From Anaerolineae bacterium (GTDB taxonomy: Bacteria > Chloroflexota > Anaerolineae > UBA1429), in assembly GCA_040767425.1 (NCBI GenBank), contig JAXGON010000003.1, forward strand, positions 22,440-86,439: a DNA stretch of 64,000 nt, in the 5' to 3' direction. The notes under the pieces were generated by a model. It saw only the letters and a list, made by a program, of their open reading frames with translations. It did no database searches and was not told the DNA's origin. Each line of letters begins with the position of its first letter. Position 1 is the first letter of the stretch. Of the stretch, positions 1 to 9,608 are shown piece by piece. The position numbers and the translations under genes are program-made.

Positions 1-801
1 AGCCGCGGTTGCCCTGGGCACTGCCGTTTTTGCATCAAGCATGTCTCCTACGGCGAGTCGGTTCGCTTCCGCTCACCAGAGCACGTCCTGGCCGAGATCG
101 AGCAGATTACCCGTTTGGGCGTGCGCGACGTCCATATGTACGCTGACCTGTTCACGGTGAGCCGCGAGCACGTCATGGGGATATGCGAGGGCTTGCAGCG
201 CCTGGAGCGGCCGATCCGCTGGACCTGCAACAGCCGCGTGGACTTTTGCGACCAAGAGATGCTTCAGACCATGGCCCGCGCCGGGTGCTGGATGATCTCA
301 TGGGGCATCGAATCCGGCGACCCGGACATGCTTCGTCGCATGCGCAAGGGCACCACCCTGGAGGCGATCGAGCAGGCCGTCCGGTGGTCGCGAGAAGCCG
401 GCATCAAGAACTGGGGCTACTTTATCATCGGTCTCCCCGGCGAGACCGAAGCGTCCATCCGACGCACCATCGACCTGGCCAAGCGACTCCCGCTGGACCT
501 GGCCCTCTTTCATATCGCCGCGCCGCATCCGGGCACGCCCTTCTTTTTCGAGGTAGTGGAGAACGGTTGGTTTCGACCGGGAACTCAGTGGGAGGCCGTG
601 GACATGGACCGCTCCACCGTCCTCGACTATCCCAACCTATCGGCCGAGGAGCTGGTTCAGTGGGCCCAACGCGCCTTTCGCGAATGGGCGCTGCGTCCCG
701 GTCCGCTCTGGACCTATCTCAAGATGGTGGCAACCAGCCCATCTTTGTGGCGGACCGCCGCCGAGATCGGGTTAGAGAGCCTGGGCTGGGCCAAGGGATG
801 A
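1..801 (+). CDS. Radical SAM protein, B12-binding/HpnJ-like superfamily (5' end outside the window)
   Basis: Frame 1 from base 1 reads SRGCPGHCRFC (CxxxCxxC) ... RFRSPEHVLAEI ... WGIESG ... FIIGLPGET. The stop at 799-801 overlaps the next ATG. Confidence 0.9.
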   Translation, partial: SRGCPGHCRFCIKHVSYGESVRFRSPEHVLAEIEQITRLGVRDVHMYADLFTVSREHVMGICEGLQRLERPIRWTCNSRVDFCDQEMLQTMARAGCWMISWGIESGDPDMLRRMRKGTTLEAIEQAVRWSREAGIKNWGYFIIGLPGETEASIRRTIDLAKRLPLDLALFHIAAPHPGTPFFFEVVENGWFRPGTQWEAVDMDRSTVLDYPNLSAEELVQWAQRAFREWALRPGPLWTYLKMVATSPSLWRTAAEIGLESLGWAKG

Positions 802-2735
802 TGGTGCCGACCATGGGTGAGCAGATGACGGCAAAGCGATGGGCGGCGGCTCTGGAGCGAACCGAGCTTTGCTTGGCGCTGCTGGCCGTCGGGCTGGCGT
901 TTGCCGCCGGCGAGCGCATCCCGCAGATGGCCGCTGTGCTGGGACCCACTCTGGTGGCGCTGCTGGGCCTTTTGTGGGGGGCGGGCTGGATGCTCAACGG
1001 CACCCGTCCCCGCATCCCCCCACTCACCGTGCCGGTGCTTCTGTTTCTACTCTCGGCGGGCATCGGGCTCTGGGCCAGCTATGACCGCGAAACGGCGTGG
1101 CCCATCTTTGGCCTGATCCTCTGTGGCACCGGCCTCTTCTGGGCCGCGGCGCGGAGCGCAACCCCCACCCGGCTCTATGCTGTGCTGGCGGCTATGGGGC
1201 TGCTGACGACCTGCCTGGCGATCGGGTTCCTGGCGGGCGACCCCTGGGCCACCCATGACGTCAAGGTGCCTTTGCTGGCAGACTTCGGGAGCCGCGTGGC
1301 ACGCTATTTTCCGAGGCCCGTCGCTGCGACCATGAACCCCAACTGGGCCGGCGGCCTGTTGGCGGCGTCGCTGCCCTGGTTCGTGCCCCTGCTGGCTTTG
1401 GAGCCAGGCCCACTCGCCAACCGACCCCGTCTACGCTGGATGCGCTGGCCACTGGTGGTGGGTTGGAGCCTAGGCATCGGCATCGTCATGCTTGGTCTGG
1501 TGGTGAGCGCGTCGCGGGGAGCTTGGCTGGCGACGTTGGCTACCGGATCAGCGTGGGCCATCTGGCGCCTCTCCCGCAAGCACAACCTGAAACACCGTCT
1601 GGGCATGTTGGGGCTGGCCGGCGGCATCGTCGCACTCGCGGCGGTCGGGGTCGGCAGCCTTATCTGGACCCGCCAGTGGCCCGGGGCGCAGGCTCTGGCT
1701 AGCCGCGTCGCGATTTACCGGTTTCTGCCGACACTGGCCCGCGACTATGCCTATACCGGGGCTGGCCTGACCGGCTTTGACATGCAGTTCTCGACCTATG
1801 CTCTGCTGATCCACGTCGGCTACCTGACCTACGGCCACACCATGCTGCTGGACATCCTGATCGCCCAGGGCATCCTTGGCTTGGCAAGCTATGCCGCCGC
1901 GGTGATTGGTAGCGTGCTCCTCGCCAGCCGCGTCATACGGCAGACGCGCGAACCGCTGGCGCTGGCGGCCGAGGCAGCCTTGGCCAGCCTCACCATTCTC
2001 CTGCTGCACAGCCTGGTCGATGATGTCTTTTACCAGGGCCGCGGGCTGCTGCTGCTCTGGGTGCCGATGGCCACGCTGGCCGCGCTCTCTAGCATGGCCG
2101 GGCCGGTGGGATCGCCGACCCCGATGGTAGCCCCGTCTCGCGTGGGTCAGATGGCCCTCCTGGCGGTGGGCGTGGTCGTGATGGCGTTCCTGGGCATGCG
2201 ATGGCGATCGATCCTGGCCGGCATCCACGCCAACCTAGGCGCCGTGGCCCAGGCCAAGGTCGAGCTGGCGGCCTACGATCCCGAGGCCCGCCCCTGGCTT
2301 AGCTTGGACGCGATTCGCAACGAGGAGGATCTTGGCCCGGCGATCGAGCAGTTTGAGCGTGCCCTAGCTTACGACTCCGCGCAGCTCACCGCGCGCCAGC
2401 GGTTGGCTGGCATCCACTTGGCAAGGGGCCAGGCCGCCCAAGCCCGCACCCATATGGATCAAACCTGGCAGGCTGGACATCGCGATCCGACCACCCGGCT
2501 GCTCTACGGCGACGCGTTGGTTGCCACGGGTGACGCCGTTGGGGCCGCCCAGGCGATCGGCGGCCAGCCTCGAGCGGCCGACCGCCTGCTGCTCCAGGCG
2601 TGGGATCGCTATTGGGAACAGGAGCGGTGGCAGGAGGCCCATGCCGCCTGGGAGGCCGTCCTGTTGATCGAGCCCAAGCACCAGCACGCGGCCTACTGGG
2701 CCGACCAGGCGCGCCAGCGGTTGGCGACGCCATGA
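798..2735 (+). CDS. O-antigen ligase/Wzy_C-family membrane protein with C-terminal TPR repeats
   Basis: Many TM segments. Motifs MNPNWAGG, SASRGAWL, GAGLTGF and YGHTMLLDILIAQGILGL (H-N-like motif). TPR-like tail AIEQFERALAYD. ATGA overlap with the upstream stop. Confidence 0.8.
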   Translation: MMVPTMGEQMTAKRWAAALERTELCLALLAVGLAFAAGERIPQMAAVLGPTLVALLGLLWGAGWMLNGTRPRIPPLTVPVLLFLLSAGIGLWASYDRETAWPIFGLILCGTGLFWAAARSATPTRLYAVLAAMGLLTTCLAIGFLAGDPWATHDVKVPLLADFGSRVARYFPRPVAATMNPNWAGGLLAASLPWFVPLLALEPGPLANRPRLRWMRWPLVVGWSLGIGIVMLGLVVSASRGAWLATLATGSAWAIWRLSRKHNLKHRLGMLGLAGGIVALAAVGVGSLIWTRQWPGAQALASRVAIYRFLPTLARDYAYTGAGLTGFDMQFSTYALLIHVGYLTYGHTMLLDILIAQGILGLASYAAAVIGSVLLASRVIRQTREPLALAAEAALASLTILLLHSLVDDVFYQGRGLLLLWVPMATLAALSSMAGPVGSPTPMVAPSRVGQMALLAVGVVVMAFLGMRWRSILAGIHANLGAVAQAKVELAAYDPEARPWLSLDAIRNEEDLGPAIEQFERALAYDSAQLTARQRLAGIHLARGQAAQARTHMDQTWQAGHRDPTTRLLYGDALVATGDAVGAAQAIGGQPRAADRLLLQAWDRYWEQERWQEAHAAWEAVLLIEPKHQHAAYWADQARQRLATP

Positions 2736-2748
2736 TAGCAGGTACACC

Positions 2749-5490
2749 GTGAACCCACAGGCTCCCCCTCGAAAGTGGCCTCAAAGCGATACGCGACGCT
2801 GGAAAGCGACCGCTCTCCTCATCATCCTGCTTGCCGCCCTCGCCGCACCAGTCCAGGGCCAAGCGCCCGCTCAGGAGTGGTCCTTTACCACCAACCTGTC
2901 GCGCTCGGGCTCGGCAGCCGATCCGGTCTTGGTGTTGGGGCCCGAAGGAACCATGCAAGCCTTCTGGTGGGATCGTTTCGACGGGCTGATGACGGCCGCT
3001 ATGGACGGGATCGCCTGGCAGGCGGCCACTCCTGCCAACCTGTTGGTTCCCGATCCCAGAGCCATCGCACCGGTGAATGTTGAGGAGCCGCCTGCCCTCA
3101 TCCCCATCGGCATGATGCCACAGATGGTGGCCGATGGCCAAGGGAACGTACACGCCTTTTGGCTGGTCGAGCGCGGCGGATTCGCCGCCCGCACGACCGA
3201 CCCTGTGCCGGCAGCCCCCTCGCTGGCCCACGCCAGTTCGCCCATGGGAGCGTTGGAATGGTCGCAAGCGGAGCTTCTCGTCGAAGGCGCCTTGACCTGG
3301 CGAGTCTTTGCGGATCCCGACGGCGGCCTGCACCTGGCCTATATTCGGACTCTGCACAGCGAGGATCAGCCGGCCGGAGTTTACTACACCCGGCTGGATG
3401 GCGAAACGCTCCAGTGGGAGACGCCACGCCTGGCTCAAGCCAGCATCTATGCCCGGCTGCTCAGCGCCGATGAGGCGCGAGTGGCGGGTGTGGCCAATGG
3501 GACTGGGACGGTGGTACTGGCCTGGTGCGACCCTCGGATGGGAGAGCCGACCTATCTTTGCTCCAGTGACAGCGGCGAGACATGGCGCACCGCCGCTGCT
3601 CCCCTGGAGCATGCCAGCCATCCAGCCCTGGCCTATCTCGGCCCCGGCCGCCTGGTTGCCATCTGGCAGGTAGGGCTCAGCGACAACCAGGTCTCTCATT
3701 ACCAGCAGGTCTCGACCGACGCCGGGCTAACCTGGGGCGAACCGAGGTGGGTTCCCCGCGAGGCCGCCCGCTATGGCGCGCCAGCGCTCCGCCAAGCGGG
3801 GTGGGCTGGCGATGCGTGGCTCGTCTCTGGCGAGGGTGGACCCTATCTTTCGCTCTGTCGCTGGCGCCCCGATCCGTCAGCCGATGCAGGCCAGGGTGAA
3901 TGGTCGTTGGCCAACACGGTGGCCATCAACATCCACGATATCGAGACCGAGCGGACCGTCTCGCTGGAAGAACTCCAGATGGCGGTAGACGACCACTGGC
4001 TGCACGTGGTCGGACGGGGCCAGGATGGCGAGGTGTGGGCCATGCGGCGCGAGACCAGCGGCATCGCCTGGGCATTCTCCTCCGATACTCCTTGGACCGA
4101 ACCGCTCGCCATCTGGGAGGACAATGCGGGAGCCGACATGCCGGCCTTGGTAGGCGACGCCGACGGCACGGTCCACGCCTGGTGGATCGCCGCGGCCGAC
4201 GTGGGGCGATCCGGCGTCGCTCTCTGGTACGCGCAGCGAACGGGAGACGAGTGGTCACCCGCCGCCGCCATCTTTGCCCTAGAGGAGCAGGCCCAGCATC
4301 CCACGGCGACGTTGGTCGAGGGCCGCGTGCATCTGCTGTGGACCTCGGGACGGGTCGGCACCATCGGGCATAGCAGCGTCTTTCAGGATCGGGCCGCGAC
4401 GGCCTCCGAATGGACGACGGTCCGACGGCTGCCCCTGCCCACCGAGGCTGGCGGAGCATCCTCTCCCCAGCTAGTAGCCGACGGCGAGGGCGGACTACAT
4501 GCAATCTACTCCGTCCCCCTCAACGAGAGCCGCGGCATCTACTATGTGCACTCGGAAGATGGAGGCAGCAGTTGGTCCGATCCAATCGCAGTGGTCCACG
4601 CCGCCGAGGCGGGCTGGCCCAGCGTGGATACGCCCGATCTGGCCATCGCAGGGGACGGCTCGCTGTGGGCAACCTGGATCAAGGTGCCGTTGACCGACGG
4701 GCACGGCGAGGCCGTCTACCTGGCGCGCTCTACCGACGGCGGCGCCACTTGGTCGCCGCCCTTGCTGGTCTTCGAGGGGCCGTGTTCGGAGCCACGCCTG
4801 GCCCTCTCGGGCCCAGCGGACCTCCATCTCTTCTGGGTCGATGAAACCGATGCGCGGGTCTGGTCCTACCGCCAATCGGCCGACGGCGGGGCCACCTGGA
4901 CCCCCATCGAGACGGTGCCCGGCATGAGCGGCCTTCGTGGCTCGCCCGACCTGGCCTATGATGCCGGTGGCTTCGTTTACTTGATGGGCGTCAGCTACGA
5001 GGCCAGCGATGGCTGGTTGATGCGACATGCCTCGTGGGACGCGGACAGCTCGGCATGGTCCGACGTAGGGCGGTTTCGGCTCAGTGCCCTATACCAACCC
5101 CGCGGAGGCGTCTCTTTGGCCCTGTTGCCAGAGCGCGGTCAGCTGCACGCCCTGCTGACAGCCAAGAGCCCCGATGCTAATGCCGAGCCAGCTCTGCTCC
5201 ATGCCTACCGGGCTGTCACACCCACCGAGCCGTACCGCCCCGTCGTCGTTCGCTCAGTGGCGAGCGAGATCGAGCCGGCCGAATCGACAGAACCTGCGCC
5301 CCCACCCACCGCCTGGGTGGCCATCGAACCGGCCCCCGCCGCCGCGTCGGGCATCTCCCTGGGGCCGTTCTTCCTGCCGATGACCGGCGTGTTGGGCATT
5401 GTGGTAGCGGCGGTGATAGTCCTGGTAGTTGCCCTGGTTCACAGCCTGCGGCCTGGCCGGCACTGGCGGTCTTGGACGCGGTCGCGATGA
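2749..5490 (+). CDS. Secreted, C-terminally anchored Asp-box (BNR) beta-propeller protein, sialidase-like fold
   Basis: N-terminal signal peptide. Asp-boxes SSDSGETW, STDAGLTW, SEDGGSSW, STDGGATW, SADGGATW. Pro/Thr/Ala linker, then LPMTG, a hydrophobic helix and an Arg-rich tail. Confidence 0.8.
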   Translation: MNPQAPPRKWPQSDTRRWKATALLIILLAALAAPVQGQAPAQEWSFTTNLSRSGSAADPVLVLGPEGTMQAFWWDRFDGLMTAAMDGIAWQAATPANLLVPDPRAIAPVNVEEPPALIPIGMMPQMVADGQGNVHAFWLVERGGFAARTTDPVPAAPSLAHASSPMGALEWSQAELLVEGALTWRVFADPDGGLHLAYIRTLHSEDQPAGVYYTRLDGETLQWETPRLAQASIYARLLSADEARVAGVANGTGTVVLAWCDPRMGEPTYLCSSDSGETWRTAAAPLEHASHPALAYLGPGRLVAIWQVGLSDNQVSHYQQVSTDAGLTWGEPRWVPREAARYGAPALRQAGWAGDAWLVSGEGGPYLSLCRWRPDPSADAGQGEWSLANTVAINIHDIETERTVSLEELQMAVDDHWLHVVGRGQDGEVWAMRRETSGIAWAFSSDTPWTEPLAIWEDNAGADMPALVGDADGTVHAWWIAAADVGRSGVALWYAQRTGDEWSPAAAIFALEEQAQHPTATLVEGRVHLLWTSGRVGTIGHSSVFQDRAATASEWTTVRRLPLPTEAGGASSPQLVADGEGGLHAIYSVPLNESRGIYYVHSEDGGSSWSDPIAVVHAAEAGWPSVDTPDLAIAGDGSLWATWIKVPLTDGHGEAVYLARSTDGGATWSPPLLVFEGPCSEPRLALSGPADLHLFWVDETDARVWSYRQSADGGATWTPIETVPGMSGLRGSPDLAYDAGGFVYLMGVSYEASDGWLMRHASWDADSSAWSDVGRFRLSALYQPRGGVSLALLPERGQLHALLTAKSPDANAEPALLHAYRAVTPTEPYRPVVVRSVASEIEPAESTEPAPPPTAWVAIEPAPAAASGISLGPFFLPMTGVLGIVVAAVIVLVVALVHSLRPGRHWRSWTRSR

Positions 5491-7070
5491 CCACATCGAT
5501 TCCTGGAGCGGCGATGGAGAGCATCAGCGCCCGGCAATCCAGCCCGCAGCGGAGCAGGACCACGCGGTCGCTGACGGCGACATGGCGCAAGGTCACCCTG
5601 CTCCTGGCGGCCGTTGGGTTGCTGTCGGCGCCGATCCCTCTGTTGGCCCAGGGAGAGACTGTGGCGGTGGACGCGCCGGCCATTACCTGGTCGGCGCCGA
5701 CCAACCTATCGCAATCCTCGCGCAGCTCAGCCTATCCCACCATCGCGGCGGACCAACGCGGGTGGGTTCACGTCTTTTGGAGCCAGGACATGGTTGGGAT
5801 GCCTATGCGCGAGGGCGACCTGCCCACCATCGGCAACGCTATCGCCTACACTCGTTGGGACGGCCACCGCTGGACCCAGCCAGTCGATGTGGTGTCAGTT
5901 CCTGACGAGGCGCTGGCCGGCTTTCCAGAGGTAGCGCTGGACGCCGACGACAACCTGCACCTGGTGTGGATCGGGCAGAGCACGGTCTACTATAGCCGCG
6001 CCCCAGCCCAGGAAGCCGCCTCCACGCACGCCTGGATCAGCCCAGTGGCGGTGGCGCAAGGCAACCTTCCCCGCACCCATCCGGTCGACGTGGCCGTCGA
6101 CCGGGGCGGGGTGATCCATGTGCTGCTGGCGGATAACAGCTTTGAGGGCGCCGCCCGCAGCACGCGATCGCTGGACGGCGGCGCGTCTTGGCGGCCGCTG
6201 CAGGACATCTCGGCCCCCTCCGACCCGCTAGAAACCGGGGTCGCGCGCGTGCAGCTCGCCGTCGACGCGCTGGACCGTCTACACGCCACCTGGCAGACCA
6301 ACCAGGCCGAAGGGTATGGACAGGCCGTCTACTATGCTCGCAGCGTGGACGGGGGCCAGACCTGGAACACTCCGCAACGCTTTGGCTACCGTGACCCGGG
6401 CGAGATCTTTGTCGAGTACCTCACGCTGGCCAGCCGCGGCAACGACGAGCTGCACTCTTTCTATGTCGATGGAACCGGCATCGGGCGCTGGCATCGTATC
6501 TCCACGGATGGCGGCGAAACGTGGAGCACCGCGCAGCATATCATCACCGACTTGGAGGGGGTGAACGGCTATATGGCGCCGGTGGTGGATGGCGCCGGCC
6601 GGCTTCACCTGATGATCAACATGCGAACCCGCGCCGAGCAGGCGGTAGGCATCTATCACGCCACCTGGCTGGACGGGAACTGGTCGGCCGTCCGGGCGGT
6701 CGATGACAGCAGCCCTGCCGCTCCATCGGCCCACGCCGCCGTAGCCACCGTGCGGCTTGGCTGTGAGATTCATGTAGCCTACGTGCAGCTGGCCGGCGGT
6801 GAGATCTGGCATGTTCGTGGCACCATCTCAGACGTCGAGCCACAGCCAACCATCGGCGCGGCGGCGGGAGCTCTGGCTCCGCTACCCACCGTCGCCGTGC
6901 CTACACCGCCGTTTGACGCCATCGAGCCTACTGCCGTAGCGCGGCTCTCCCTGCCCGCAGAAGCAGAGGCTCCCGGAGGGCGATTGGTCTGGGTAGTGGG
7001 GCTCATGACGGCGGCAGCGTTGGTCGTGGGCGTGTCCTGGCGCCGGCTTGCGGGAGCGCAGAGACGATGA
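5487..7070 (+). CDS. Secreted, C-terminally anchored Asp-box (BNR) protein
   Basis: ATG at 5487 overlaps the upstream stop. Signal peptide. Asp-boxes SLDGGASW, SVDGGQTW, STDGGETW. PT-rich linker, TM helix, basic tail. Confidence 0.8.
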   Translation: MTTSIPGAAMESISARQSSPQRSRTTRSLTATWRKVTLLLAAVGLLSAPIPLLAQGETVAVDAPAITWSAPTNLSQSSRSSAYPTIAADQRGWVHVFWSQDMVGMPMREGDLPTIGNAIAYTRWDGHRWTQPVDVVSVPDEALAGFPEVALDADDNLHLVWIGQSTVYYSRAPAQEAASTHAWISPVAVAQGNLPRTHPVDVAVDRGGVIHVLLADNSFEGAARSTRSLDGGASWRPLQDISAPSDPLETGVARVQLAVDALDRLHATWQTNQAEGYGQAVYYARSVDGGQTWNTPQRFGYRDPGEIFVEYLTLASRGNDELHSFYVDGTGIGRWHRISTDGGETWSTAQHIITDLEGVNGYMAPVVDGAGRLHLMINMRTRAEQAVGIYHATWLDGNWSAVRAVDDSSPAAPSAHAAVATVRLGCEIHVAYVQLAGGEIWHVRGTISDVEPQPTIGAAAGALAPLPTVAVPTPPFDAIEPTAVARLSLPAEAEAPGGRLVWVVGLMTAAALVVGVSWRRLAGAQRR

Positions 7071-7104
7071 CGACCGCTAAGGCGCAACTGCCGAAAGGGG
7101 GCGC

Positions 7105-8409
7105 ATGCGCATCCTGTTCGTGACCAGCCACTATGCTCCATCGCCGCATGGCGGGGGGTATGGCCAACTCTGCGAAGAGGTGGCCAATGGCCTGCATGCC
7201 CGCGGCCATCAGGTGGCGGTGCTCACCAGCACCTATGGCGCACAGGATGGTGATCTACACCCGTACCCGGTCATGCGACGCCTGTCCATCGATCCCGACT
7301 GGCACAGTGCTCGCAGCGCGGCCTGGCAGTTCTGGCTGCAGCGACGCGGTCGAGAGCGACGAGCCCTCGGCGCCCTGCGTGACGTTGTTGCCTCCTTCTA
7401 TCCGGACGCCATCTACGTCTGGGATGCCGTCGGCCTGCCCCGCGAGCTGCTCCGCGAGGCCGAGGACAGATCCGGCGTGCCAACCGCCTACTACCTCGCC
7501 AACTATGCGCCCGAGTTGGCGGACGAGTACCAGGCCTACTGGCAGGCCGCCCCGAGCTCTCCCCTGGCTCGCCTGCTGAAGCGGCCCGTTGCTTCTCTGG
7601 CCCTGGCTGCCCTGCGACGCGAAGGCAAGCCGGTGCCAGTCCGCTACCAAGAGACCGCCTGTGTCAGCGACTATGTGCGGCAGCGACTGCACGCTCAAGG
7701 TCTCATCGGGGCCGGCTCGGTGGTGATCCACAATGGTGTCGACCTGGCGGCCTTTGGCCGATCCGACGGTGGGGAGACATCCGCCCTAACGCGGCCGCTG
7801 CGCTGCCTGGTGGCTGGCCGAGTGGACCCGGAAAAGGGTGTTCATACGGTGGTACAAGCCCTCGGCCTGCTGGCGCAGCATCACGCCCCGCACCTAGCCA
7901 CCTTGACCATCCTCGGCGATGGGCCAGCGGCCTATGGCGCGTCTCTGCGCAGAGCCGTGAGCCTCCAGGGGATGGACGCCATCGTGCAGCTCCGCCCCGG
8001 GATCCCCCGCGCCCAGATGCCCAGCATCCTTGAGGGACACGATACCCTGATCCTCGCTTCCGAGTACGCCGAGCCGCTGGCTCGGGCGGCCCAAGAGGCC
8101 ATGGCCATGGGGCTCCTAGTGGTGGGCACCATCACCGGCGGCAGTGGCGAGCTGTTGGTCCACGAGCAGACCGGTCTGGCCTTTGACGCTGGAGACCCTG
8201 CCTCATTGGCCCAGCAGATCGAGCGAGCCGCAAAGAACCCCGAGCTAGCCCGCCGCCTGGCAAGGGCGGGCAGAGACGCCGTGCGTGAGCGGTTCGATAT
8301 CGGCCGCACGGTGCTTGAGACCGAGCGCTACCTGCAAGACCTGGTGGACGGCAAGCCGGCTGTTGATGTCGCTGGTACCCACAACGACACGCCCAGCGAG
8401 GCAGCATGA
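7105..8409 (+). CDS. Glycosyltransferase family 4
   Basis: MRILFVTSHY..GG N-terminus, VIHNGVD, GRVDPEKG, E-x7-E motif EPLARAAQEAMA. Confidence 0.9.
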   Translation: MRILFVTSHYAPSPHGGGYGQLCEEVANGLHARGHQVAVLTSTYGAQDGDLHPYPVMRRLSIDPDWHSARSAAWQFWLQRRGRERRALGALRDVVASFYPDAIYVWDAVGLPRELLREAEDRSGVPTAYYLANYAPELADEYQAYWQAAPSSPLARLLKRPVASLALAALRREGKPVPVRYQETACVSDYVRQRLHAQGLIGAGSVVIHNGVDLAAFGRSDGGETSALTRPLRCLVAGRVDPEKGVHTVVQALGLLAQHHAPHLATLTILGDGPAAYGASLRRAVSLQGMDAIVQLRPGIPRAQMPSILEGHDTLILASEYAEPLARAAQEAMAMGLLVVGTITGGSGELLVHEQTGLAFDAGDPASLAQQIERAAKNPELARRLARAGRDAVRERFDIGRTVLETERYLQDLVDGKPAVDVAGTHNDTPSEAA

Positions 8410-9608
8410 GAATCTTGGCGGTCTGCACCTGGTGTCCCTACCCACCCAACAACGGGTCACGCATTCGCACGTACCATCTCCTTCGGGCGCTAGCCCGCCA
8501 GCACGAAGTCGATGCGGTGGCGTTCTGCCCCGATGACGACCCATCCCGGTGGCCCACGCCCATCCCAGGCCTGGAGCGCGTTCACCTGGATCCCGTGGCC
8601 GATGACCCGTTCCGGTATGTTTCGGCGCCCAGTTGGGTCAAGTTCGTCTCACCCGTGCCGCTCTGCTTTGTCCCCAGCCGCCGGTTCGGGCGGGCGGCGC
8701 GCCAACGTGCGCACCGCCCGTATGACGCCGTGGTGGCGATGAACACGCCAGCGGCATGGCCCGCCCTTCGCGCCGCCAAGGCCGCGCGCGTGCTGGACGT
8801 GGATTCGGCCCTGTGCTTTTTGATGCGCGATCGGCATCTGCAGGGCGAGGATGGCCGCCTGCGCACCCGCATCAGTTGGTGGAAGGCTGAACAAGCCGAG
8901 GGCTGGTTGATGCAGCGCTTTGATACCTGCACCTTTACCACCATACGAGAGGCCGACTTTATGCGCCATGTGGTGCGCCATAGCGACTGCCAGGTGCGCG
9001 TCATCCCCAACGGTGTCGACTGCGACCATTACCGCCCGTCGAACGCCCCACGGGTGCCCGCCCAACTGATCTATACTGGAGCGCTGACGTATAGCGCCAA
9101 CTATGACGCCATGCGCCATTTTACCGATAGCATCTACCCGCTAATCCGCGATAAAGAGCCTGAGGCGTCCTTGGTGATCACGGGCTCACACAAGGGCGTG
9201 GACCTGTCGCGGCTTTCCCTGGATTCCAGCGTGCGCCTGACCGGCTATGTGGACGATGTCCGCCCATGGGTGCAAGCGAGCCGCGTATGCGTCGTTCCGC
9301 TGCGTCAAGGCGGTGGCACCAGAATAAAGATCCTCGAGGCCATGGCGTTGGGCACTCCAGTGGTTGCCACGTCCAAAGGGATGGAGGGGCTGGACGTCAT
9401 CGCCGAAGAGCACCTCTTGGTGGCGGACGAGCCGGCCGACTTTGCCCGGCAGACGGTGCGCCTGCTGCGCGACGACGCCCTGGCCCAAGGCCTCGCCGAG
9501 CGGGCGCGCCAGCTAGTCGTTGAGCGCTATGAGTGGCGTGCCATCGGCCACGACTTTGTTGACCTGGTGGAAGAGGCGGTGGGGCGGCATCAGAGGGGAT
9601 CGGCATGA
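8406..9608 (+). CDS. Glycosyltransferase family 4
   Basis: PYPPNNGSRIR, VIPNGVD, GGGTRIKILEAMALGTPVV. Confidence 0.9.
   Translation: MRILAVCTWCPYPPNNGSRIRTYHLLRALARQHEVDAVAFCPDDDPSRWPTPIPGLERVHLDPVADDPFRYVSAPSWVKFVSPVPLCFVPSRRFGRAARQRAHRPYDAVVAMNTPAAWPALRAAKAARVLDVDSALCFLMRDRHLQGEDGRLRTRISWWKAEQAEGWLMQRFDTCTFTTIREADFMRHVVRHSDCQVRVIPNGVDCDHYRPSNAPRVPAQLIYTGALTYSANYDAMRHFTDSIYPLIRDKEPEASLVITGSHKGVDLSRLSLDSSVRLTGYVDDVRPWVQASRVCVVPLRQGGGTRIKILEAMALGTPVVATSKGMEGLDVIAEEHLLVADEPADFARQTVRLLRDDALAQGLAERARQLVVERYEWRAIGHDFVDLVEEAVGRHQRGSA

Noticed and set aside
183-797. N-terminal extension of the 850-aa ORF
   Set aside because: It overlaps the radical SAM gene out of frame; the coupled ATG at 798 is the more likely start.
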